This document shows positions 26,038 to 34,561 of a stretch of DNA of 40,318 nucleotides, one piece after another. The notes under the pieces were generated by a model. The model saw only the letters and a list, made by a program, of their open reading frames with translations, was not told the origin of the DNA and ran no database searches. Position 1 is the stretch's first letter. Each line of letters begins with the position of its first letter. The position numbers and the translations under genes are program-made. Origin of the DNA: Candidatus Acetothermia bacterium (lineage in GTDB: Bacteria > Bipolaricaulota > Bipolaricaulia > M55B111); the NCBI GenBank assembly GCA_046543235.1, contig JBKGZT010000004.1, positions 1 through 40,318 on the forward strand. Reading direction: 5' to 3'.

Positions 26038-27129
26038 TTAAATTTTCTCTATTCCTTCGAACCCTATATCTACTGGAGTCTCTCGACCGAATATCTTTAC
26101 GTTTACGGTTACCTCTTCTGCCTCCTTGTCTATGGCAGTGATCTCGCCGGTAAAGTCCGCGAAAGGACCCTCGACTATCTCTACTACTTCTCCGACGTCG
26201 AAGTCAACCTCTATCCTCGGGGTGCTCGGGGCGGTAGGAGATTCTATTAGCCCTGCAAGGCGCTTTACGACCTTCATCTCCTTTCCCCTTATCGGAATCG
26301 GGTGGTATCGGGAACCCACGAACCTCACGGCTCCCCTGATGTCGTCGACCAGGTCTATCATCTCTTCTTCCGGGAGATCCATTTTTACAAAAACGTAACC
26401 TGGGAAAAGCCTTCGTTTTTCGACGGGCTGAACGGTCACCACCCGCTTATCCTTATATTCTTTGACCTTGACCATTCCCGAAGAACGGGATTCTATTACG
26501 TCCTCTTCCTCTATCCGGTCCCCTTCCTCGAACTCGTCCCCTTCCTTTAACCTGACCAGATAACGGTCCGGTATAACCATTCTTTCTTCCGAACCATCGT
26601 TCAGGACGAAATCTATCCGCTTTACCTTGTCCCGTAATGCTATCTTCCCCTTGACGTTAACGACGAATTTCTCTTCCTTATCGGCCGTCAGGGGAACGCC
26701 GGACCTAATTTTTTCCCCTTTCCGGATATCCCTGCGAATCCGCTTATCCGTGGGTATGAGGTAAGTTTCCTCCGTTCTGTTCGTCATTTCGACGATTACT
26801 CTCTGCAAGGTCTCTACTTCGGAAACAAGACAGTCCCAGTCCAGGTGTTTTGGCGGCTTTCGCGCTATCGAGTCCCCCCGGCTTAACCTCTCGTTCGAAT
26901 CGACCAGGAGATCGTAGTCGTAAGGGATTCTGTATTCGTTGGATTTGCCGCGGCGGCTCCGAGAGGTAATTACTTCCTCGATCGGGACCACGCAATACTC
27001 ACGCTGTCCGTTTTCCTTAAAACTCTTCACCTTGTCTTCCAGGTCCCTGTTCTTGATCCTTCTCTCGAGCTCCTTTTTTACCTTGAGCTCGGAACCGGCG
27101 TACGTTTGGATAGCGTACCATTTTTTCAT
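26038..27129 (-). CDS. nusG: Transcription termination/antitermination factor NusG with a large insertion
   Basis: [18 protein letters not shown], and KOW domain [16 protein letters not shown]...IFGRETPV; lies between secE and rplK. Confidence 0.93.
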   Translation of the reverse strand: MKKWYAIQTYAGSELKVKKELERRIKNRDLEDKVKSFKENGQREYCVVPIEEVITSRSRRGKSNEYRIPYDYDLLVDSNERLSRGDSIARKPPKHLDWDCLVSEVETLQRVIVEMTNRTEETYLIPTDKRIRRDIRKGEKIRSGVPLTADKEEKFVVNVKGKIALRDKVKRIDFVLNDGSEERMVIPDRYLVRLKEGDEFEEGDRIEEEDVIESRSSGMVKVKEYKDKRVVTVQPVEKRRLFPGYVFVKMDLPEEEMIDLVDDIRGAVRFVGSRYHPIPIRGKEMKVVKRLAGLIESPTAPSTPRIEVDFDVGEVVEIVEGPFADFTGEITAIDKEAEEVTVNVKIFGRETPVDIGFEGIEKI

Positions 27130-27201
27130 AGTCCACCACTTGCTCCTCGTTTAGCAGGTTTGATTTTGGTTAGTATCAGAATGAGAAAGTCCAAGCGGCT
27201 G

Positions 27202-27396
27202 TTACAAGGATAAGATCTGCTGGATGATCTGTCTGTACACCAGGTCGACACCGCCGATATAAGCCGATAACAAAATGACCATTCCGAGTATCAGAATAGT
27301 CATCGTTATAACTTCGGACTGGGAAGGCCAGCTTACCTTATTAATCTCCGCCCTAACGTTTCGTAAAAACGAACTAACCGAATTTAACCAATTCAA
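27202..27396 (-). CDS. secE: Preprotein translocase subunit SecE
   Basis: FLRNVRAEINKVSWPS plus one transmembrane helix; canonical position. Confidence 0.92.
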   Translation of the reverse strand: MNWLNSVSSFLRNVRAEINKVSWPSQSEVITMTILILGMVILLSAYIGGVDLVYRQIIQQILSL

Positions 27397-27420
27397 ATCA
27401 AAAACACCTCATAATATTTC

Positions 27421-27496
27421 TGGCAGGCCCGGGAGGAGTTGAACCCCCAACCTTCGGATTTGGAGTCCGGCGCTCTGCCAGTTGAGCTACGGGCCT
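27421..27496 (-). tRNA. tRNA-Trp(CCA)
   Basis: AGGCCCG acceptor stem, CCGGA-CT-CCA-AA-TCCGA anticodon arm, TTCAACT T loop, GCCA end; canonical position before secE. Confidence 0.96.
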
Positions 27497-27515
27497 GTAA
27501 AGAGCTAAGTGCTGT

Positions 27516-27665
27516 CTATTTCTCCTTGTGCTCTGTATGACCTTCGCACCATTTACAGTACTTTCTCAGCTCCAGCTTATCGCTATCGTTCCTCGGGTTT
27601 TTGACAGTATGGTAATTATGTCTTCCGCATTCGCTGCATACCAGGATAACCTGTTCCTTGTGCAT
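27516..27665 (-). CDS. rpmG: 50S ribosomal protein L33 (zinc-binding C+ form)
   Basis: Below the ORF-track cutoff. Translates as MHKEQVILVCSECGRHNYHTVKNPRNDSDKLELRKYCKWCEGHTEHKEK; lies between tuf and tRNA-Trp. Confidence 0.93.
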   Translation of the reverse strand: MHKEQVILVCSECGRHNYHTVKNPRNDSDKLELRKYCKWCEGHTEHKEK

Positions 27666-27682
27666 CAGTAAGAATCAGTCTC

Positions 27683-28882
27683 CTATTCGATTATCTCCGT
27701 CACTACACCTGCTCCTACTGTCTTTCCTCCTTCCCGGATGGCGAATCTGAGCCCTTCTTCCATGGCGATATGGTCAATCAGTTTGGCTTCGAGGGTAACG
27801 TTATCGCCGGGCATGACCATTTCGACGTCCTCTGGTAGTTCAATTGTACCGGTTACGTCCGTTGTTCTAAAGTAGAACTGTGGTTTATAGCCGTCGAAGA
27901 ACGGAGTGTGTCGGCCACCTTCGTCCTTGCTCAAGACGTAAACTTCGGCCTCGAACTCGGTGTGAGGAGTTATGCTTCCCGGCTCAGCCAGGACCTGGCC
28001 ACGTTCGATCTCTTCTTTGTCGATACCTCTCAGAAGGACCCCTACGTTGTCGCCGGCGATCGCTTCGTCCATGGTCTTGTTGAACATCTCCAGGCTGGTA
28101 GCCACGGTTTCCACGATCTCTCCGTGCAGACCGACGATCTCGATCTCGGACTGCGGGGTAACACGTCCTCTTTCGACCCTTCCAGTTGCGACGGTACCTC
28201 GTCCCTTGATCGAGAAAACGTCTTCGATGGGCATCAAGAAAGGCTGGTCTTCGTCCCTGTCCGGAAGCGGGATGTAATCGTCAAGGGCCTCGACCAATTC
28301 CATGATCGGCTGGTTTACCTCGGACTCTGGATCCCCATCGCTTTCCATTGCCTCTAGAGCTGACCCCCTAATAATCGGCACTTCGTCACCCGGGAAGTCG
28401 TATTCGTTCAGCAGTTCCCTGACCTCCATTTCCACGAGGTCTATCAGGTCCGGATCATCTACCATGTCGGTTTTATTGAGGAATACCGTCATGGCCGGAA
28501 CGCCGACCTGCCTTGCCAGCAAGACGTGCTCCCTGGTCTGAGGCATCGGCCCGTCCGCTGCGGAGACAACCAGAATCGCGCCGTCCATCTGGGCAGCCCC
28601 AGTAATCATGTTTTTGACGTAGTCCGCGTGTCCCGGAGCATCTATGTGGGCGTAATGCCTGTTGTCCGTCTCGTACTCGACGTGCCGGACCGCAATGGTG
28701 ATTCCCCTTTCCTGCTCTTCCGGAGCGTTGTCGATGTCGTTGAATTCCTTGCTTTCCGCCATTCCCTGATTTGCCAGCACCTTCGTCATTGCAGACGTAA
28801 GAGTCGTCTTCCCGTGATCAATATGTCCGATCGTCCCGATATTCAGGTGCGGTTTATCCCGCTCGAAATGTTCTTTTGCCAT
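27683..28882 (-). CDS. tuf: Elongation factor Tu
   Basis: [44 protein letters not shown]. Confidence 0.98.
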   Translation of the reverse strand: MAKEHFERDKPHLNIGTIGHIDHGKTTLTSAMTKVLANQGMAESKEFNDIDNAPEEQERGITIAVRHVEYETDNRHYAHIDAPGHADYVKNMITGAAQMDGAILVVSAADGPMPQTREHVLLARQVGVPAMTVFLNKTDMVDDPDLIDLVEMEVRELLNEYDFPGDEVPIIRGSALEAMESDGDPESEVNQPIMELVEALDDYIPLPDRDEDQPFLMPIEDVFSIKGRGTVATGRVERGRVTPQSEIEIVGLHGEIVETVATSLEMFNKTMDEAIAGDNVGVLLRGIDKEEIERGQVLAEPGSITPHTEFEAEVYVLSKDEGGRHTPFFDGYKPQFYFRTTDVTGTIELPEDVEMVMPGDNVTLEAKLIDHIAMEEGLRFAIREGGKTVGAGVVTEIIE

Positions 28883-28967
28883 CGTGTACCTCCTAAATTT
28901 GAATTATGATAGTCCTTTGTTGCTGCCAGCCGTTATATTAACCAAAAAGCGGCAGAAAACACCTTGC

Positions 28968-29043
28968 TGGAGCCCGCGGCCGGAATCGAACCGGCGACCT
29001 TCCCATTACCAACGGGATGTTCTTCCGACTGAACTACACGGGC
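28968..29043 (-). tRNA. tRNA-Thr(GGT)
   Basis: GCCCGTG acceptor stem, TCCCG-TT-GGT-AA-TGGGA anticodon arm, TTCGATT T loop, TCCA end. Confidence 0.95.
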
Positions 29044-29128
29044 ACTACATGAGATTGTAAAATATTATGACAAAGCTCTGATCGTCTCAACTTACTGCTA
29101 ATTTTACCTAACAAAGATACTTGAGACG

Positions 29129-29214
29129 TGGTGGAGGGGGAGGGATTCGAACCCCCGAAGGCACCTGCCAACGGATTTACAGTCCGCTCCGTTTGGCCAC
29201 TTCGGTACCCCTCC
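29129..29214 (-). tRNA. tRNA-Tyr(GTA)
   Basis: GGAGGGG acceptor stem, GCGGA-CT-GTA-AA-TCCGT anticodon arm, long variable arm, TTCGAAT, ACCA end. Confidence 0.96.
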
Positions 29215-29242
29215 ATAAATCCATAAAAGTGCCTCTACCAGA

Positions 29243-29318
29243 TGGAGCCGGCGGCCAGACTTGAACTGGCAACCTGTCGATTACAAGTCGACTGCTCTGC
29301 CGATTGAGCTACACCGGC
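29243..29318 (-). tRNA. tRNA-Thr(TGT)
   Basis: GCCGGTG acceptor stem, GTCGA-CT-TGT-AA-TCGAC anticodon arm, TTCAAGT, TCCA end. Confidence 0.96.
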
Positions 29319-29330
29319 TTGAGCAGAGGA

Positions 29331-29359
29331 ATTTTACCGAAACCCTTTATAAATGTCAA
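29331..29359 (-). promoter_or_regulatory. Near-consensus sigma70 promoter of the tRNA-tuf operon
   Basis: Minus strand TTGACA-17 nt-TAAAAT, 12 nt upstream of tRNA-Thr(TGT). Confidence 0.85.
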
Positions 29360-29380
29360 TGGGGCAGGCTAGCCGCGGTT

Positions 29381-29767
29381 TCAACACGCCTTCACCCAGA
29401 CTTTTCTGGTCCTGGGCCCGTCGAATTCCGCAAAAAATATCCCCTGCCAGGTTCCCAGCTGGAGCTGGCCGTTTTCTATCAATACTCTCGAGGTATTCCC
29501 GATCAGGCTGGATTTAATATGAGAATCCGCGTTTCCTTCCCTATGTCGGTATCCTCCCTCGGGCACCAGTTCGGAAAGCTTCTCCTCGATATCCCGCGCC
29601 ACGTCGGGGTCGGCAGACTCGTTGATGGTTATTCCAGCGGTGGTATGCGGCACGTACAGGGTACAAACCCCGCTATCGACGTCGAATTCATCGACAGCTT
29701 CTTTTACTTCGGCGGTGATATCCTTTAATTCAACCCGCGAAGAAGTACTAACGGACAACCTCTTCAC
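29381..29767 (-). CDS. yjbQ: YjbQ family protein (secondary thiamine-phosphate synthase enzyme)
   Basis: [42 protein letters not shown]. Confidence 0.9.
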   Translation of the reverse strand: MKRLSVSTSSRVELKDITAEVKEAVDEFDVDSGVCTLYVPHTTAGITINESADPDVARDIEEKLSELVPEGGYRHREGNADSHIKSSLIGNTSRVLIENGQLQLGTWQGIFFAEFDGPRTRKVWVKAC

Positions 29768-29769
29768 CG

Positions 29770-30339
29770 TTACAACACCTCCGCCAGGGCTTCCTTCAGC
29801 TCACCCGGTTCCTCTACTTCTCCGACCTTCATGATCAACTTCTCCCCTTCTTCCTCCCCGCCAGCGCTCAACAGGCTAAGCAATTTGACCCCGTGTCGAT
29901 CCAGCACTGAAAGAACCTTCTTCATTCCCTCCAGCCCTTCGGGCGTCAGAGTTACCCAGAATCCACCCCGTCCAAAGTTCAACAGCTCCGAGAACTCCTC
30001 GAAGAGCTTGCCAGGGGTAAGGACCCCGACCAGCTTTCTTTCGGAATCGACCACGGGTAGGACCATCAAGCTGTATTCCTTTATAATGCTGACCGCCCTG
30101 TCTATCGTATCCGTCTCCTCCGCGTGAAGGGTGGAGCGTGAAACGTAATTATCTATCGGCTCGTCCCCTGACTTCTCCTTTATCGAATCGTAAGTCAGGA
30201 AACCCACCAATCTGCCCTCGTCGTCCACCACAAAAATTATCCGGAAGTTGTTCTCCTCCATCAGCTCCTTCGTCTCCGAGACGGACTTTCCTTCCAGAGC
30301 CGAGGCGGGATCCTTCTGCAAAAACTCCTTTACTAGCAT
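29770..30339 (-). CDS. CBS-pair protein with C-terminal ACT-like domain (AcuB-like)
   Basis: Two CBS repeats ([28 protein letters not shown]) followed by an ACT-like beta-alpha-beta tail. Confidence 0.78.
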   Translation of the reverse strand: MLVKEFLQKDPASALEGKSVSETKELMEENNFRIIFVVDDEGRLVGFLTYDSIKEKSGDEPIDNYVSRSTLHAEETDTIDRAVSIIKEYSLMVLPVVDSERKLVGVLTPGKLFEEFSELLNFGRGGFWVTLTPEGLEGMKKVLSVLDRHGVKLLSLLSAGGEEEGEKLIMKVGEVEEPGELKEALAEVL

Positions 30340-30344
30340 CTATC

Positions 30345-32279
30345 TCACCGATCCAGGATATCCGACGCAATGTTGCTCGGAACCTGTTTGTACTTCAGGA
30401 AATCCATCTGAAAGGTGGCCTTGGCCTGGGTCAGCGACTTTAGCCTGGTGGCGTAATTCATTACTTCCGCCTGAGGCACTTCGGCCTCGATTTCGGTATA
30501 GCCGCCGGAGGTATCCGATCCAAGTATCCTTCCCCGTCTCCCGTTCAGGTCGCTGATGATGTCTCCGGTATAATCCCCGGGGGTGGTAACTTTAACCTTC
30601 ATGATCGGTTCCAGCAGGATAGGCCCCGCCTGCTCCACTGCTTTATTACAGGCTTCGCGTCCGGCTATCTTGAAAGCCATCTCGGAGGAATCGACGGGGT
30701 GGTGGTCGCCGTCGTAGACCGTGGCCCGGACGTCAGTTATCGGGTACTCCTCGTCCAAGGCCTCCTTGATTCCCTTTTCCACGCCGGGAATGAACTGAGT
30801 CGGGATATTGCCACCTTTTATCTCGTTCACGAACTCGAAACCCGAACCACGGGCAAGGGGAGTTAACTTGAGATAAACCTCACCGTACTGGCCCCTGCCG
30901 CCGGACTGTTTCTTGTGTCGATACTTCGTATCTGCCTTCTTGGCGATACTTTTCTTGTAGGGGACTTTGGGTTCCTTGGTGTCGATTTCAACGTTAAACC
31001 CGTTCTTCAACCTTTCTTTAAATACGTTAAGGTGGTTGGATCCCATACCGGAAAGGATCATTTCCTCCGTCACTTCGTCCCTGTAGTAATTTATCGAGGC
31101 CTTGTTAGCAACCAGTTCCTTTAACGCCGTGCTCATTTTTGTCTCGTCTTCTTTACTCTTCGGGTTGACCGCCCTGTGGTAGACCGGACTGGGAAAATCG
31201 ACGAAACCTATTTCCTCGTCCCCGGTATCCGTAAGGGTATCCCCCAGCGCGATGTCCTCCAACTTCCCCAGCGCGACTACGTCCCCACGGCTTGCGGAGT
31301 GTACCTTTTCCTGGTCGCCGCCGTAATACCGGTAGATGTCGGTAATCTCAACTTCCTGGCCGTTCCGCAAGTTACGTAGCGTAGTTTCCTCCTTCAGCTC
31401 CTCGCCGTAGACCTTGACGAACGAAAGCTTGCCGAGATAAGGATCGGAAAGTTTGTTGAATACGAGTAGATCGGATCTCCCGCTGGAACTTCCTTGAAAT
31501 TCGGGCACCAGTTCGTTCAACTTCTCGAGCAGGTGCTCCAGCCCCAGGCCCTCTTCCACCGAAGAGACGAATACAGGAGAGAACTCGTCCTCCTCGAAGC
31601 CCGCTTCGAGAGCAGGGCCGGTATCCTCGTCGGTTATCTCCTCTTCCTCCAGGTATTTCATCATCAACTCGTCGTCCTGTTCGGCCAGAGCTTCCAGAAG
31701 GTTCTCCCTTTCCTGGCTCAACTCATCCTCCAGTTCGCCCGGAATTCCCTCGTCGCGGCCGTCGAAGTAGATCGCTTCCTCTTCGAGGACGTCAACGTAA
31801 CCGACGAAATCACCGTCTTCCAGTATAGGAATCTGAAGGACGACGAAGTTCTTCTCGAATTCCTCGCGCAATTCTGCAAGGACGCTATCGAAATTTGCTT
31901 CCCCCAGGTCCATCTTGTTGACGAGGACCGCGGTGGGCTTTTCGTACTTCTCAGCTATGTTCCAGACCTGCTCCGTATGCACCTGAATACCCTTTTCCGC
32001 ATCCAGGAGCAACATCGATGCCTCCGAGGCAAACGTTCCCTTGTATACTTCCTCTACGAACTCCTCGGCACCCGGGGTATCGAGGATGGTCCATTCCTGT
32101 CCCTTGTACTTGAAGGACCCCACCCCGAGGTCTATCGAGTAACCGTGCTCTTCTTCTTCCGGGGAGGGATCAAAATTCAAATCCCCGTCGATCCCGCTCA
32201 TTCCTAGAAAACTTTCTGCCAGACTGGATTTCCCAGTTCCCGAATGTCCAATCAAACTCAGTGACTTTGAATTTGCCAT
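30345..32279 (-). CDS. Elongation factor G paralogue (EF-G2-like)
   Basis: GHSGTGKSS, DTPG, NKMD, SGMGSNHL, HKKQSGGRGQYG, HPVDSSEMAF, LLEPIM, DLNGRRG. Confidence 0.88.
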   Translation of the reverse strand: MANSKSLSLIGHSGTGKSSLAESFLGMSGIDGDLNFDPSPEEEEHGYSIDLGVGSFKYKGQEWTILDTPGAEEFVEEVYKGTFASEASMLLLDAEKGIQVHTEQVWNIAEKYEKPTAVLVNKMDLGEANFDSVLAELREEFEKNFVVLQIPILEDGDFVGYVDVLEEEAIYFDGRDEGIPGELEDELSQERENLLEALAEQDDELMMKYLEEEEITDEDTGPALEAGFEEDEFSPVFVSSVEEGLGLEHLLEKLNELVPEFQGSSSGRSDLLVFNKLSDPYLGKLSFVKVYGEELKEETTLRNLRNGQEVEITDIYRYYGGDQEKVHSASRGDVVALGKLEDIALGDTLTDTGDEEIGFVDFPSPVYHRAVNPKSKEDETKMSTALKELVANKASINYYRDEVTEEMILSGMGSNHLNVFKERLKNGFNVEIDTKEPKVPYKKSIAKKADTKYRHKKQSGGRGQYGEVYLKLTPLARGSGFEFVNEIKGGNIPTQFIPGVEKGIKEALDEEYPITDVRATVYDGDHHPVDSSEMAFKIAGREACNKAVEQAGPILLEPIMKVKVTTPGDYTGDIISDLNGRRGRILGSDTSGGYTEIEAEVPQAEVMNYATRLKSLTQAKATFQMDFLKYKQVPSNIASDILDR

Positions 32280-32338
32280 GAACCAACCACCTCAGCTCAC
32301 CTGATGTTTTTTTAACGAATTTATAAAACTTTCCGTTT

Positions 32339-32384
32339 AATATAAAACAAATCCGAGATTCTAACAAGAACCCTAACAAGAACC
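32339..32384 (-). promoter_or_regulatory. Candidate promoter of the EF-G2 operon with a 12-bp tandem repeat over the -35
   Basis: Minus strand TTGTTA-17 nt-TATATT; CTAACAAGAACC repeated twice at 32361-32384. Confidence 0.55.
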
Positions 32385-32559
32385 AAATCATGGTCGACCC
32401 AGCTCACTAAAATGATCACCTAAACGATTCTACCTTTCAGCTATCGCAATTCACGGGGAAGCCGGAGATTAGGACCGTCACACGAACCTCGCCATTCCAC
32501 GGGGGGACCGGCTTGTGTGCAGGTAGTAAAAGGGGACTTCGCAGGTTCCTCCCCTGCTA

Positions 32560-33441
32560 TCAGACCCCGCCACCCTGCATTTTCGGGTCCATTATATCCC
32601 TGAAGGCATCGCCGATCAGGTTCCAGGAAAGGCAGAAGGTGGTAATGGCCGCACCGGGTATCACCACAGTGTACCAGAACTCGAGCGTATTCCCCTGGGT
32701 TCCGAGGATCCAGTTTCTGGCGAAGCTAATCATCTGACCCCAGTCCGCGTATCCCTCTTGAGCTCCGACCCCCAGGAAACTCAGAGTCGCCGCCGTAATA
32801 ACTATCGTTCCCATGTTCATCGAGGCCTGGACTACAACGGGGAATATCGAGTTGGGTAATATGTGCCTGAAGACGATCCGAAAGTCGGTCGCTCCGACCG
32901 CCCGGGCCGCGGAGACGTACTCTTCTTCCTTTACGGACAGTATATTACCACGGATAAGCCGGGCATAACCCATCCAGCCGAAAACGATCAGCGCAATCAG
33001 GGCGTTTGTCAGGCTTCGTCCGAGGATCGTCGTCAGCACCATGGCAGCCACCAGGTAGGGTATCGAATAAAACACGTCCACGATCCTCATCAGTACGTTG
33101 TCAACTGCTCCCCCGTAGAAGGCAGCCAACGTTCCGATGAATATCCCGATCATTGCCGAAATCCCTACCACCATAAGTGACACCCGAAAAGCAGTCCTCG
33201 TCCCCCAGATTACGCCGTAAAATATGTCGTACTGCCCCTGAGTAGTCCCAAATATGTGCCCTTCTCCAGGAGGCTGCGGTGTCGAACCCCAGCCCTCACG
33301 GGGGACTTTGTAGGGCTCCCTCGGGTTCTCCGGGGGAGCAATCCAGGGCGCCCCAACGGCCACGACCAGATAGAAAAGGATGATCAATAAACCCACTACC
33401 GACAGAGGATTCGTCAGTAACTTCTTTATCTTTTTCTTCAT
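32560..33441 (-). CDS. oppC: Peptide/nickel ABC transporter permease (OppC/DppC)
   Basis: HIFGT...DI...IWG, YVSAARAVGA...HILPN, LSFLG, GDAFRDIMDP. Confidence 0.9.
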   Translation of the reverse strand: MKKKIKKLLTNPLSVVGLLIILFYLVVAVGAPWIAPPENPREPYKVPREGWGSTPQPPGEGHIFGTTQGQYDIFYGVIWGTRTAFRVSLMVVGISAMIGIFIGTLAAFYGGAVDNVLMRIVDVFYSIPYLVAAMVLTTILGRSLTNALIALIVFGWMGYARLIRGNILSVKEEEYVSAARAVGATDFRIVFRHILPNSIFPVVVQASMNMGTIVITAATLSFLGVGAQEGYADWGQMISFARNWILGTQGNTLEFWYTVVIPGAAITTFCLSWNLIGDAFRDIMDPKMQGGGV

Positions 33442-33442
33442 C

Positions 33443-34477
33443 TTAATCGTAGGTAACCCTCGGGTCCAGGTACGCGTAAATTATGTCAACAACCAGGTTA
33501 GCTAAGACCAGCAACACCCCGTTAAACAGGACGAAAAGCATCAGCGAGGAAGTATCAAACTGCTGTGCTGAATTGACGGCCCACCTCCCCAGACCGTGCC
33601 AGTCGAAGATGGTCTCGGTAACGACCAAACCGTTAATCAGGAAGGCAACGTAAATACCCGCCACCGTGACCACGGGGATAAGGGCGTTCCGCCTCGCGTG
33701 TTTGTTGATGACGATGCTTTCCTTCTGACCCTTGGCCCTGGCTGTCTGGACGTAATCCTTACGCAGCGTCTCCAGAAGGCTAGATCTCATGATTCTCAAA
33801 AGCATCGCCCACCGTACGTAGGACATGACTATCGCGGGAAGGATGATGTGCCTGACCGCGTTGGCGAACACGAACCAGTTACCGTTCAGTATCGCGTCAA
33901 TCGTATTCATTCGAGTATATCTGACAAACTGGGCCGAATTGACTATCTGCTTTGCCTCGAAGCCCAGCCGGCCGGGTGGAAACCACGATACAACTCCTCC
34001 GTAAAAAACCATCAGCAACAGTAGACCGGCCACAAAAGAAGGCAAAGACCACCCTACAATTGCGAACAACCGGGCGATATGATCAATCACGTTGTTGTGG
34101 TTTACGGCCGCCAGCGTGCCCAGCCAGATCCCTCCGAGAATAATTGGCAAGGCGGACCAGAGGGCCAGCTCCAGCGATACAGGTAAGAAAGTACCAAAAG
34201 CCCGTTTTGTAGGCATCTTCGCGCTTTCGGACCAGCCAAAATTGAGCTGAACCACATCGCTCATCCAGCGTCCGAACCTTGTCCAGATTGGATCGTTGAG
34301 CCCGTATTCTTCCGCCAGAACCTCCATGTCAGTGTTCTTGAGTTCAGCCGGACTGGAAACGTAGGTGGAGAGCCTCTGGTTAACCGATAGGAACTGAATC
34401 ATCCCGAAGACGATCAACAAAACTCCGAATATTACAAAGGGTAAAACGAGCATCCGTCGGGTAATATACGATATCAT
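33443..34477 (-). CDS. oppB: Peptide/nickel ABC transporter permease (OppB/DppB)
   Basis: YITRR, DYVQTARAKG...KHARRNA, ETIF...GLG, NLVVDIIYAYLDPR. Confidence 0.9.
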   Translation of the reverse strand: MISYITRRMLVLPFVIFGVLLIVFGMIQFLSVNQRLSTYVSSPAELKNTDMEVLAEEYGLNDPIWTRFGRWMSDVVQLNFGWSESAKMPTKRAFGTFLPVSLELALWSALPIILGGIWLGTLAAVNHNNVIDHIARLFAIVGWSLPSFVAGLLLLMVFYGGVVSWFPPGRLGFEAKQIVNSAQFVRYTRMNTIDAILNGNWFVFANAVRHIILPAIVMSYVRWAMLLRIMRSSLLETLRKDYVQTARAKGQKESIVINKHARRNALIPVVTVAGIYVAFLINGLVVTETIFDWHGLGRWAVNSAQQFDTSSLMLFVLFNGVLLVLANLVVDIIYAYLDPRVTYD

Positions 34478-34504
34478 TTTTCTTTATCCCTCGACAGAAA
34501 AGAT

Positions 34505-34543
34505 AAAAATAAAGCCAGAGGCCGGAACGGACCGGCCTCTGGC
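34505..34543 (-). terminator. Intra-operon stem-loop/terminator after oppA
   Basis: Perfect 12-bp stem GCCAGAGGCCGG/CCGGCCTCTGGC (34514-34543) followed by TTTATTTTT on the minus strand. Confidence 0.8.
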
Positions 34544-34561
34544 GTGTTCAACTATTTGACG

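Noticed and set aside
29034-29728. ORFs 29034-29216 and 29261-29728
   Set aside because: They overlap tRNA genes or are antisense to yjbQ.
32400-32555. Possible SRP/6S-like RNA (AAGCCGG...CCGGCTT pairing)
   Set aside because: No SRP CAGG-GNRA-AGCA motif and no extended rod structure; the pairing is short.
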